A DNA stretch of 60,464 nt from an uncultured Spirochaetales bacterium. Lineage in GTDB: Bacteria > Spirochaetota > Spirochaetia > Treponematales > Treponemataceae. The stretch spans positions 1-60,464 of the forward strand of contig CAMJMF010000001.1 of the NCBI GenBank assembly GCA_946406925.1. The letters run 5' to 3'. The notes under the pieces were generated by a model that saw nothing but the letters and a program-made list of their open reading frames with translations, made no database searches and had not been told where the DNA came from. Of the stretch, positions 24,571 to 33,474 are shown one piece after another (the first letter of the stretch is position 1; every line of letters starts with the position of its first letter). Made by a program: the position numbers and the translations under genes.

Positions 24571-25467
24571 TTAGCCGAGGATATTATCAAAAAGCGGCAG
24601 TAAAAGCATTAACAAAGCAAAGATTTCGAGTATAAATGCAGGAATCATGAACAAAATCCACAAGCCGAGAGTGACATAGCTTTGTATGTAGCTTTCCTGC
24701 AGCTTTGACTGCTGCGTGTGGCTTAAGTATTTTGCAAGAGCTTTTCTGCCGCCTCTTACGGCTATTACGTTGTTGCCTTCAAAAACATTTAGGCTTGCTT
24801 TGCCGCCGCCAATGCGCGCCGCAAAAGTTGCCGTGTCGCCTTTCCGCATAAACAGGAATTTGTAGCGCGAATTCATCTGCTGTGTATTTTTAAGCACATT
24901 CTCTTTTAATTTTTTGCCCAGTTTTTGGGTGTCAATCTTGTACACGCCGTCCGGGTAATAGCGCGCCATAAAGAAATTTTCCTGTTTTTCCGGGTTTATA
25001 TCAGTTTTTTTGAGCATTGATTCATCGACAAGAGAAAATTCAAAGCGCGCATCTTGCGGAATTTCAAGCTCTGTGCCGTCTGCAAATTGAAGGCTGCCTG
25101 CAAAGTTTTGATACGGCTCGCTTTGCCAGACGGCGTTTCTGTAGCGGTTGCTGTAGGCATAGTTTACCGTATAAGTTTCTTTTGCTGTTCCAATGTACAG
25201 ATAATCGCCGGCAAGAACGTTCATTGCTGTGTCTCGGATGGTTTGACCTTTGTTGAACGCATAATTCTCAACAATGTAGTCTTTCGGCTCGCCCTGCAAA
25301 GCGGCGGCAATTTCTCCGTCTGTTCTAAGAACAGGCAGCCCGCTGAGTATCTTGCGCCATTCTTTTCCGCTTGAAAAAAATGCGCTTATCTTGCCGAACC
25401 CGACCGCGAGTATACAGCCTGAACCTATAAGTAAAAGTATTAAAAGTATAAGGTCAGGTACTTTCAT
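24571..25467 (-). CDS. membrane/lipoprotein-like protein, function unknown
   Basis: Start at the ATG at 25467 after GGGAGAA. N-terminal LLILLLIGSGC and two C-terminal TM helices. Confidence 0.55.
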   Translation of the reverse strand: MKVPDLILLILLLIGSGCILAVGFGKISAFFSSGKEWRKILSGLPVLRTDGEIAAALQGEPKDYIVENYAFNKGQTIRDTAMNVLAGDYLYIGTAKETYTVNYAYSNRYRNAVWQSEPYQNFAGSLQFADGTELEIPQDARFEFSLVDESMLKKTDINPEKQENFFMARYYPDGVYKIDTQKLGKKLKENVLKNTQQMNSRYKFLFMRKGDTATFAARIGGGKASLNVFEGNNVIAVRGGRKALAKYLSHTQQSKLQESYIQSYVTLGLWILFMIPAFILEIFALLMLLLPLFDNILG

Positions 25468-25572
25468 GTTTTCTCCCATGTAAAAACTATAAATTAGATT
25501 CCGCATTTCCGCAACTTATAAAAACGGGGCTGCACTTGCAAGTTTATGCGAAGCGCAATAAAATGCTTCATC

Positions 25573-26343
25573 ATGCTTGCAAATTACCATACACACACAC
25601 CGCGCTGCAATCATGCACAGGGAAGTGAGCGCGAATATATTGAGCGCGCAATCGAGCAGGGCTTTTCGGTTCTGGGTTTTTCTGATCATACGCCGCAGCC
25701 TTATCCAAAAGATTATGTTTCTACAATCCGCATGGGAATGGACGAAATTGAAAATTACACCGGCACGCTTGCAGCACTCCGCGAAGAATACAAAGACAGA
25801 ATAAAGATTCTTATTGGCTATGAAGTTGAATATACGCACAAGTATTTTGACAAACTGATAAGCGAACTCAAGAAATTTCCGCTTGACTATATAATCCAGG
25901 GGCAGCACTTTGCGCCGGACGAGGTGAGCGGAGCTTATATGGGCTTTAAAAGTGACGACGAAGACCGCCTTAAAGCCTATGTTGATTTGACTATTGAAGG
26001 CATGAAAACCGGCTTGTTTTCATATCTTGCGCACCCTGATTTGATAAACTTTACCGGCGATGACAAAACATACAGAAAGCATATGGTCCGCATTGTAGAG
26101 GCGTCACTTGAATATGATGTTCCTCTTGAAGTGAATATGCTCGGCTTTGTAGGTAAGCGCAATTATCCGTGTGACCGCTTTTTCAAGATGGCGTCTGAAA
26201 TGGGTGCGCGGTTTATAATCGGCTGTGATGCACACGCTCCTGAAGCTGTAATGCAGCCGCAAGATGCCGACGGTTTTACGGCTTTTCTTGAGCGCAACGG
26301 CATTTCAACCGGCGACAACATAATTGAGCTTGTAAAGCTTTAG
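25573..26343 (+). CDS. PHP-family histidinol-phosphatase-like hydrolase
   Basis: MLANYHTHTPRCNHA...GFSDHTP N-terminus and further His/Asp metal ligands (HPD, DAH). Confidence 0.75.
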   Translation: MLANYHTHTPRCNHAQGSEREYIERAIEQGFSVLGFSDHTPQPYPKDYVSTIRMGMDEIENYTGTLAALREEYKDRIKILIGYEVEYTHKYFDKLISELKKFPLDYIIQGQHFAPDEVSGAYMGFKSDDEDRLKAYVDLTIEGMKTGLFSYLAHPDLINFTGDDKTYRKHMVRIVEASLEYDVPLEVNMLGFVGKRNYPCDRFFKMASEMGARFIIGCDAHAPEAVMQPQDADGFTAFLERNGISTGDNIIELVKL

Positions 26344-26774
26344 TTTGTCTGGTTGTTCAGGTCGTGCAGCTTTTTGTTCATTTTGTCTGCCGCACCAGAA
26401 TCAAGCTTGTAAAAGACAAGCTGCACAATCAGATAGACTGCAACGATTACGCCTTCAAATGCAATGAATGAAGCCTTGTCCTGAAAGCAGAACCAGGTGA
26501 GAAAATAGCCTGTAACAAGCACAACTGTGTTGATTACAAGAAAATATACAATCTGCAGCACAAGCATCTTTGCTTTTGAAAAATTCTTGTCGCCCAGCAT
26601 CGGAATATAGCAGACAGCCGAAACCAGCCCAATCAATAGAATAAAGATGATATCGAGCAGATCGAATTTTGCAGAAAGACCTACAAAACAGGCTAAATAT
26701 ATAGAAGTAAAAACAAAAATTGCAGATACAACTCTTGTAAAAATCGAAATAAGAATGTTTATCTCTTCTTTCAT
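26340..26774 (-). CDS. DUF3021-like four-TM membrane protein (LytTR partner)
   Basis: 144 aa, four TM helices, immediately downstream of a LytTR regulator gene. This pairing is my recollection of a common arrangement. Confidence 0.55.
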   Translation of the reverse strand: MKEEINILISIFTRVVSAIFVFTSIYLACFVGLSAKFDLLDIIFILLIGLVSAVCYIPMLGDKNFSKAKMLVLQIVYFLVINTVVLVTGYFLTWFCFQDKASFIAFEGVIVAVYLIVQLVFYKLDSGAADKMNKKLHDLNNQTN

Positions 26775-26792
26775 AAAATCCTCGGTGCTAAT

Positions 26793-27230
26793 CTAAATAT
26801 CAAGAATCTCTTTCAGTTTAGGAACATAATTCCGTGAAATAATAACCTTGTAGCCGTTTTTGAGCACAGCCTCAAAGCGTCCGCTGAATGCAGGTGAAAG
26901 GCTCTCAATTTTGCTGATATTCACAATTACGGCTTTGTTTGCGCGCAGAAAGGTTTGTGCAGGCAGAATCTCCTCAAGCTCATAAAGCTTGAGGCGCGTT
27001 TCAAGCACGTCGTTCTGCGTATATGCAAAAACCTTGTCGTCCACAGATTCAAAATACAAGATTTCACTCTTTTCAACCAGCCGGATCTGATTGTCCTTGT
27101 AAAAGTTCATTTTTGAGTTGCCGTTCTTCAACTGATTCAAAAGCCTTGTAATGCCTTCGTCCAAAAAATCGCACTTTACAACGATTTCATCTTCTTCGTT
27201 CTGCTGCTTGTCTAAAATTGTAATTTTCAT
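26793..27230 (-). CDS. LytTR-family DNA-binding protein
   Basis: 145 aa. ILYFESVDDKVFAYT...LYELEEILP...FLRANKAVIVNISKI LytTR pattern. Confidence 0.8.
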   Translation of the reverse strand: MKITILDKQQNEEDEIVVKCDFLDEGITRLLNQLKNGNSKMNFYKDNQIRLVEKSEILYFESVDDKVFAYTQNDVLETRLKLYELEEILPAQTFLRANKAVIVNISKIESLSPAFSGRFEAVLKNGYKVIISRNYVPKLKEILDI

Positions 27231-27298
27231 CTGCCAATTAATCCATAATTCCTTTTAAGAAAGATCAGTTAATTCAATATGGATTAACCGGCACTTTC

Positions 27299-28396
27299 TT
27301 AAAATTCAACTACAATAGGTTTACCATAGTTTTCACGAAAATAATAGGTTATTTTCTTTGAATTCGGCTCAAAAACTGCACTCCATGCTGTAAGCTCTTC
27401 GCCGCTTATGCTGTACTGGCTTGCATGCACAGAATCAAGAGCATCGCGGACGCTTTCTGCATTCATTGCACCTTGTGCATTGTCATAAGTTTGTTTCAGC
27501 TTGGCAAAGCGTATTCTTGAGTTTTCAAGTTCCGCGTTAAGCCCGTCATCTTTTTTTGGAGAATCAGCTGTGTAGTGGTTTGTAAGAATTTTTGTCTCGC
27601 TTACATACATCTGATTGTCAGCCCATTCAACTACAACGCTTCTGCCTGTATTGTCGCAGACTGCAAAGTGGTGTGCGGCACCGATTACAGAATGCATGTC
27701 GTGGCTCTCTAAAATTGCTATGGCTTCATCAACGGTTGCAGCCTTATCAAGCACAAGCCTGATTGCATCAGTTGTGGTTACGCTGATGTTGCCGCGTTCC
27801 TGTGCTGTCTGCTCTCTGTCGCCTGCCATTAAGTCTGCAATGTAAAGGCCTTTTTCATTCATTCCGTCCATCGGAACGTAGATGAGTCCCAATGCGGCTG
27901 CGTCTGCCGGAAACTTGTTTGCCGGTTTCCAGTCGCGGTCAAGACCCATGTGGCTTAAACAGCATGTTGAAACTGATTCATAGCCGTTATCCGGCTTTGT
28001 GTGAATAATCATTATGGCGCAGTCGTTCCAGTCGTAGTTACGCCCAAAAATCATGCCGCCGCATGGTGCGGTGTTTCTTGCGGCAATTGAACCGCAGCCA
28101 AAATCGCCCAATGTGATTTTTAAGTCAGTCATTGTCTTAATTTTTGGCGAAGTCCATGTGCCTTTTTTTAAAGACTTTGTGATGAAGTTGCGCAAATCAT
28201 CAACAGATTTTCCGCCGCCGTTTTCAAGATATTCGTCAAGACAATAGTTGCCTTCAAATTCCATAAAGAAGACGCCGTCATCAAGCTGTTTGATTGATTT
28301 TGTAGTTTTTGATTCTTCAGACCATGCTCCGATTCCGATTGCAAATACGCTGATTGCAGCAAGAATAAGAACTGCTATAATGCTTAATTTTTTCAT
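27299..28396 (-). CDS. secreted Ntn-hydrolase (peptidase C45 / choloylglycine-hydrolase-like linear amide hydrolase)
   Basis: Signal peptide. Gly100-Cys101 (LGDFG-CGSIAARN) as candidate autoprocessing site. FGRNYDW motif. Confidence 0.55.
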   Translation of the reverse strand: MKKLSIIAVLILAAISVFAIGIGAWSEESKTTKSIKQLDDGVFFMEFEGNYCLDEYLENGGGKSVDDLRNFITKSLKKGTWTSPKIKTMTDLKITLGDFGCGSIAARNTAPCGGMIFGRNYDWNDCAIMIIHTKPDNGYESVSTCCLSHMGLDRDWKPANKFPADAAALGLIYVPMDGMNEKGLYIADLMAGDREQTAQERGNISVTTTDAIRLVLDKAATVDEAIAILESHDMHSVIGAAHHFAVCDNTGRSVVVEWADNQMYVSETKILTNHYTADSPKKDDGLNAELENSRIRFAKLKQTYDNAQGAMNAESVRDALDSVHASQYSISGEELTAWSAVFEPNSKKITYYFRENYGKPIVVEF

Positions 28397-28547
28397 GTTT
28401 CACCTCTTGTGTTGTTTATGAGGTGATTCTAAGATTGCTCGGAAAATTCCACAACTAGCAAAACGGCAAGATGCATTTTTGCCGGTGTAAGATACATTTT
28501 ATGAGTACTGAAATTTTTTATAGGGCTTGCGTTTCTGCGGTGCAGGG

Positions 28548-28955
28548 CTATTTTTGGAGCTTCATTCCGTTTATTGTAACGTATGCAATTTTTGTTCCAA
28601 GCTCATCTGTAATGTTGATTGCATAAAGACAGGTAGTTTTTCCGTCTTTTATTAAGCTTGATTCAGCAATGAGCTTTTTGCCTTTTGCCATGCCCAAAAA
28701 GCTTATCTGGCTTGTTGTTGAGACCGTCAGCGGCTGGTTAAAATTAGATGAAACTGCAAAAGTAAAGTCAGCAAGCGTAAAAATTGAGCCGCCCATTACG
28801 CCGCCGTAAGCATTTCTGTGATTCTCGTTAATTACAAAGGAACATTTTGCGTAATGCTCGTCAATTTCTTCTATTATTATTCCGGTTGCTTTTGTAGCGT
28901 ACAAATCTCCGCTGAAAAATTCACGTGCTTTTTCCAAATCTAAATCAGCTGCCAT
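28548..28955 (-). CDS. PaaI-family hotdog-fold thioesterase
   Basis: 135 aa. NAYGGVMGGSIFTLAD motif typical of PaaI/YdiI thioesterases. Confidence 0.7.
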   Translation of the reverse strand: MAADLDLEKAREFFSGDLYATKATGIIIEEIDEHYAKCSFVINENHRNAYGGVMGGSIFTLADFTFAVSSNFNQPLTVSTTSQISFLGMAKGKKLIAESSLIKDGKTTCLYAINITDELGTKIAYVTINGMKLQK

Positions 28956-29084
28956 ATCGTTTTCCTTTTTTCAAGATTATACAATAAAAGTGCTGAAAAT
29001 GAGAATAGAGAAGCTGAATTAAGGTAAATTCCACTTATAGCAAAAGCTGCAGGCTGCAGAAGGCACAACCTCTTGCAGCCTTTT

Positions 29085-30464
29085 TTATTTCATGCACATT
29101 CTGAGAATGCACTCTTTGAGCTTTGTGTACGGCTGGTAGCGCATGTTGAGGTCAATCCAAGTTTTTTTGTTGACAATGCTTTTTTCATGGCTGAACGTGT
29201 CAAAGCCGTATTTTCCATGGTAAGCGCCCATGCCGCTTTCGCCGACACCGCCGAAACCCATGTTGTTTGTTGCAAGGTGAACGATTGTGTCGTTTATACA
29301 GCCGCCGCCAAAAGAACACATGCCGGTAACTTTCTTTGCGAGGCTACGGTTGTCTGTAAAAATATAAAGAGCAAGCGGCTTGCTGCGGCCATTCACTGTG
29401 TCAAAGATTTCTTCTTCAGCTTTGTAAGTAAGAACCGGCAGAACAGGGCCGAAAATTTCCTGCTGCATAACGGCGTCATTCCATGTAATATTGTCCATTA
29501 CAGTCGGCTCAATCTTAAGTTTTGCAGAATCTGATTTGCCGCCATGAACTACTTTTGCGCCGTCAATCAGCGAACAGATTCTTTCAAAATGCTTTTGATT
29601 TATTATTTTTCCGTATGAGGCATTTTCAAGCGGATTTTTGCCGAACTGCACTTCAATCTGCTTTTTAAGCTCGGTAATCAGTTTATCTTTTACGTCTTCG
29701 TGACAGAGAATATAGTCCGGTGCAACACAAGTCTGACCGCAGTTCAAATATTTTCCCCATACAATGCGGGTTGCTGCAAGCGGAATATTTGCAGTTTTGT
29801 CTACAATACATGGTGATTTTCCACCGAGTTCAAGTGTTACCGGAATAAGATTTTCAGCTGCCTTCCGCATAACTTCGTGGCCTACAGTCTGGCTGCCGGT
29901 AAAGAAGATATAGTCGAATTTCTGCTCTAAAAGGCAGGTGTTCTCAGCGCGGCCGCCCGTAACAACGGCTGCATGTTCCGGCACAAAACAGTCACTTATG
30001 ATTTTTTCAATAATCCGGCTTGTGTTTGCTGAATAAGCGCTTGGTTTTGCTATAACAGTGTTGCCTGCCGCAATTGCGTCTACAAGCGGTTCAATTGTCA
30101 GCATGAACGGGTAATTCCACGGGCTCATGATGAGAACTGTTCCGTGCGGAGACTTTTTCACATAACTGCTTGCAACATAATTGGTTATGCATGTCAGGCG
30201 CTTTCTATCTCTTGCGAATTTTCTTATGTGTTTGAGCATATATGTGATTTCGCTTAAGACAAGCCCAACTTCGCACATATAGCCTTCAAATGAACTTTTG
30301 CCAAGATCTGCTGTCAGTGCCCCGGTTATTTCATTTTCATGATCTTTGATGTATGCGTAAAGTTTTTTGAGTGCATTGATTCTTGTGTTAACAGGCAGTG
30401 TTGCGCCTGTTCTAAAATATTTCTGCTGTTTTTCTAAAAGTGCTTTGATTTCAGTCTGTGTCAT
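29085..30464 (-). CDS. NAD(P)-dependent aldehyde dehydrogenase (class 3-like)
   Basis: 459 aa. ELGGKSP glutamate motif and catalytic Cys context GQTCVAPDY. Confidence 0.9.
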   Translation of the reverse strand: MTQTEIKALLEKQQKYFRTGATLPVNTRINALKKLYAYIKDHENEITGALTADLGKSSFEGYMCEVGLVLSEITYMLKHIRKFARDRKRLTCITNYVASSYVKKSPHGTVLIMSPWNYPFMLTIEPLVDAIAAGNTVIAKPSAYSANTSRIIEKIISDCFVPEHAAVVTGGRAENTCLLEQKFDYIFFTGSQTVGHEVMRKAAENLIPVTLELGGKSPCIVDKTANIPLAATRIVWGKYLNCGQTCVAPDYILCHEDVKDKLITELKKQIEVQFGKNPLENASYGKIINQKHFERICSLIDGAKVVHGGKSDSAKLKIEPTVMDNITWNDAVMQQEIFGPVLPVLTYKAEEEIFDTVNGRSKPLALYIFTDNRSLAKKVTGMCSFGGGCINDTIVHLATNNMGFGGVGESGMGAYHGKYGFDTFSHEKSIVNKKTWIDLNMRYQPYTKLKECILRMCMK

Positions 30465-30466
30465 TA

Positions 30467-31669
30467 TTATGCCTCTTTTTCCATTACGTCATAATAAAAG
30501 TGCTCAAGTTCTTTTGCATCCCATAAAACTGGAACAGGGTAGAGCGGGTTGGCTTCTTTATCTGCACGCCGTGCAAGTTCAGGAATATCGGCTTCTTTTA
30601 TGCCTTTCAGTGTATCTGGAATTCCCATTGCGGCATTTAAGCGGTAAATTTCTGCAATGAGTTTTCCTGCTGCAACTTGTGCGGAATCTGTTTTATAGGC
30701 AATGCCGCCTTCAACAGCAAGAATGCTGAGCTTTTTCCATGCTTTTTTGCCGTAGCTTTTCAAGACAACCGGCAGCAGAACAGAATTTGCAAGGCCGTGC
30801 GGAATATTGTATGCGCCGCCGAGAGAGTGGGCTATAGCATGAATATAGCCTACATAAGAGCGTGAGAATGCGCCGCCTGCAAGATTTGCTGCAATCAGCA
30901 TGTTTTTGCGTGCCGCTTCATCGTAACCGTTGTTATACGCGTTTTCTATGTTGGCAAGTATAAGCTGCACAGCTTTTATAGCGTATGCCCGCGATAATTT
31001 AGTTGTTGAGCCGCCGATGAAAGCTTCTATTGCGTGTGTCAGCGCGTCCATGCCGGTTGTTGCGGTAAGACTTGCCGGCATGGTGAATGTAACTTTCGGG
31101 TCAAGAACGGCAATCTCCGGAATAAGCGGAAAATCATTTATAGGATATTTATAGTGCGTTTTATCGTCTGTAATTATGGTTGCAACGGTTGTTTCGCTGC
31201 CTGTTCCTGCTGTTGTTGGAATTGCTGCAAGAAGCGGAAGCTTGCGGCGCACCTTAAGGATTCCTTTCATCTGTGCAAGCGATTTACGCGGGCGGGCAAC
31301 TCTTGCACCTACAGCCTTTGCACAATCTATTGAAGAACCGCCGCCAAACGCGATTATAGCCTGGCATTTTTCGGCGTTGTATATAGCGAGAGCTTCTTCA
31401 ATATTTGCAACCGTTGGGTTCGGTTTTGTTTTATCGTAGACAACACATTCAATTCCTTCTGAAGGAAGCAGTGCTTCAAGATTTTCAGCAACTTTTCTTA
31501 TTATTGAATCTGTTACAAGAAAGACTTTGTTTATTCCCTGGCTTTTAAATTCAGCAGGAAGTTCTTCAATTGAATGGAGTATTTTAGGATCTCTGTAGGG
31601 CAAAATAGGAATTGCAAGGTGAAAGCACGCTTGAAAAGCTCTACAGTAGATTTTCTTAAAAATATTCAT
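30467..31669 (-). CDS. iron-containing alcohol dehydrogenase
   Basis: 400 aa. GGGSSIDCAKA, and His-rich metal site HAIAHSLGGAYNIPHG. Confidence 0.85.
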   Translation of the reverse strand: MNIFKKIYCRAFQACFHLAIPILPYRDPKILHSIEELPAEFKSQGINKVFLVTDSIIRKVAENLEALLPSEGIECVVYDKTKPNPTVANIEEALAIYNAEKCQAIIAFGGGSSIDCAKAVGARVARPRKSLAQMKGILKVRRKLPLLAAIPTTAGTGSETTVATIITDDKTHYKYPINDFPLIPEIAVLDPKVTFTMPASLTATTGMDALTHAIEAFIGGSTTKLSRAYAIKAVQLILANIENAYNNGYDEAARKNMLIAANLAGGAFSRSYVGYIHAIAHSLGGAYNIPHGLANSVLLPVVLKSYGKKAWKKLSILAVEGGIAYKTDSAQVAAGKLIAEIYRLNAAMGIPDTLKGIKEADIPELARRADKEANPLYPVPVLWDAKELEHFYYDVMEKEA

Positions 31670-31766
31670 AATATCCTTCTTGAGGTTTTAGGTTTTATGG
31701 AGATTTTTAACATTTATAGTATGGCATATAGAAATGATATTATCAAGTATTTTGTAATGCTAATTT

Positions 31767-31810
31767 AAAAAAAATAAAGGGCTTGTCCTCTGATTTTATG
31801 ACAGCCCTTT
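31767..31810 (-). terminator. Rho-independent terminator of the 72-aa ORF
   Basis: AAAGGGCTTGTC...GACAGCCCTTT hairpin (31776-31810) with A8 on the plus strand (T8 in minus sense). Confidence 0.6.
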
Positions 31811-31841
31811 AGATCATATACACCTGCATAAAGCTTTTCAT

Positions 31842-32060
31842 TTAAGCAGTTGCAACAAGTGATTGTGTTGCTTCAACTTTTGTCAAGTATCCGGTTCGCA
31901 CACAAGTTTCAAACAGCTCTTTAGACATGAATTCATTTGTGATTTCATTATAGCCGTCTTTGTCACGAACGATTCTGATGACAAAACCCTCATCTGTCTC
32001 TCTCAAAAGTGTTATAAAGTCGTTCGATCCGTTCAGTGTACGCAATGAATAAGTTTCCAC
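31842..32060 (-). CDS. small hypothetical protein (72 aa)
   Basis: GTG at 32060 lies 5 nt after a perfect AGGAGG (32071-32066). The gene has its own terminator. No recognisable motif. Confidence 0.5.
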   Translation of the reverse strand: METYSLRTLNGSNDFITLLRETDEGFVIRIVRDKDGYNEITNEFMSKELFETCVRTGYLTKVEATQSLVATA

Positions 32061-32230
32061 ATCGGCCTCCTTTAGTGCTTGTCCAGACTCCCACCTCACA
32101 AACACATATTAATTTTCGGCATTAAAAAAGCCGACTTAAGCAATTTAACTTTTTTTTACATTCACAGTTTCTGTATTAAATTCCTGCTTTTTTTTTCCAT
32201 GTTGAAACTTTAATGCCTGAAATAACGCAT

Positions 32231-32259
32231 TTGACATTGATTTGTTTTTTTGATATAGT
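32231..32259 (+). promoter_or_regulatory. tRNA-Arg(TCT) promoter
   Basis: TTGACA, 17-nt spacer, TATAGT, then 12 nt to the mature 5' end. Confidence 0.6.
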
Positions 32260-32271
32260 GTTTTCCATTCA

Positions 32272-32345
32272 GGGATTGTAGCTCATCTGGATAGAGCAAC
32301 TGCCTTCTAAGCAGTAGGTAGGGGGTTCGAGTCCCTCCAGTCCCG
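32272..32345 (+). tRNA. tRNA-Arg(TCT)
   Basis: Manual cloverleaf: acceptor GGGATTG/CAGTCCC, D arm GCTC..GAGC, anticodon stem ACTGC/GCAGT with loop CTTCTAA, T arm GGGGG-TTCGAGT-CCCTC. No encoded CCA. Confidence 0.85.
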
Positions 32346-32363
32346 AAATTGCATTTCTTTAAG

Positions 32364-32390
32364 AAACCGGCCTTGTGAGCCGGTTTTTTT
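32364..32390 (+). terminator. terminator after tRNA-Arg(TCT)
   Basis: AAACCGGC-cttgtga-GCCGGTTT followed by a T-run. Confidence 0.7.
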
Positions 32391-32451
32391 GTCAAAGTAT
32401 TCGTTAAAAAAATCACAAAACGGCTTTTCTTTTATATAAAATTTCACTAAT

Positions 32452-33474
32452 ATGGATATTATGAGAAGTATCAATAAAGTTTTATGTTTGATTATATTAC
32501 TGGCTGTAACTGCTATTGTTTTGGGCAGCTGCTCAAAAAAGGCAGAACAGAAAGAATTGAAAGTTTATTCTATTATACATGAAGAAGAAACTCTTGCGCT
32601 TACAAAGCTTTTTACTGAAAAAACAGGCATTCCTGTTTCATTTTTGCGGGCTTCTACAGGCGAACTTGTAAATCGCGTTATTACAGAAAAAAATAACCCT
32701 CAGGCTGATGTTCTGCTGGGCGGCGCATCATCTTACCACATTCAGGCTGCAAAAGAAGGCGCGCTTGAAGTGTACAGATCTGCCGGCGCTGCAAACCTGC
32801 CTGATTATGCTGTTGCCTCAGACGGAACTTGGACAGGCTTCTGCGTTCTTACGCTTGGTATAGGCATAAACGAGGAACGCTATGCAAAAAAGTTTGCAGG
32901 CATTCCTGAACCAAAAACTTGGGAAGATTTACTGAACCCTGCCTATAAAGGCGAGATTGTGCTCACAAATCCTGTGGCTTCATCTACGGCTTATCTGTTT
33001 GTGCAGGACCAGCTGCAGCGCCTCGGCTATGACGAGGGCTGGAATTATCTTCTGACATTGGCACCGCTTGTCGGTCAGTTTCCTGACAGCGGAAGCGCAC
33101 CGGCTAAGCTTATCGGAACAGGCGAATATGCGCTCGGCGTTTCATATATTCATGCGCTTGCAAAATATAAGGCCGAAGGCTTTAATGTAAAGATGATTGC
33201 ACCGCCGCAGACTGTAGGCGATGTTGACTGCATCTCAATAATGAAGAATACACAGAATCTTGACGCTGCTAAAAAATTTGTTGATTTTATGCTTTCAAAA
33301 GAAGCTCAGGAATTGATGAGCTCTATAGATTTTACAATTCCGGTTAATCCTGAAGCAAAAGGTGCGGAAGGTTCAATTCCTGTTACAGATTTGGATTTAA
33401 TTCAGTATGATGTACAGAAAGCTTCTCAGCAGAAGGACGAAGTTCTCAAGAAATGGGCGGCAGAAGTAAAATAG
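32452..33474 (+). CDS. ABC transporter substrate-binding lipoprotein (Fe3+/FbpA-like family)
   Basis: 340 aa. Lipobox VLGSC. Family assigned from overall similarity pattern (LKVYS..., DVLLGG, TNPVASSTAY). Substrate not determinable. Confidence 0.75.
   Translation: MDIMRSINKVLCLIILLAVTAIVLGSCSKKAEQKELKVYSIIHEEETLALTKLFTEKTGIPVSFLRASTGELVNRVITEKNNPQADVLLGGASSYHIQAAKEGALEVYRSAGAANLPDYAVASDGTWTGFCVLTLGIGINEERYAKKFAGIPEPKTWEDLLNPAYKGEIVLTNPVASSTAYLFVQDQLQRLGYDEGWNYLLTLAPLVGQFPDSGSAPAKLIGTGEYALGVSYIHALAKYKAEGFNVKMIAPPQTVGDVDCISIMKNTQNLDAAKKFVDFMLSKEAQELMSSIDFTIPVNPEAKGAEGSIPVTDLDLIQYDVQKASQQKDEVLKKWAAEVK

Noticed and set aside
29052-29086. Hairpin GGCTGCA...TGCAGCC followed by T6, read as a plus-strand terminator.
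   Set aside because: No plus-strand gene ends upstream of it. It sits right after the minus-strand ALDH stop and is more likely that operon's terminator. It has only a weak T-run in that sense, so the call is ambiguous and was not listed as a feature.
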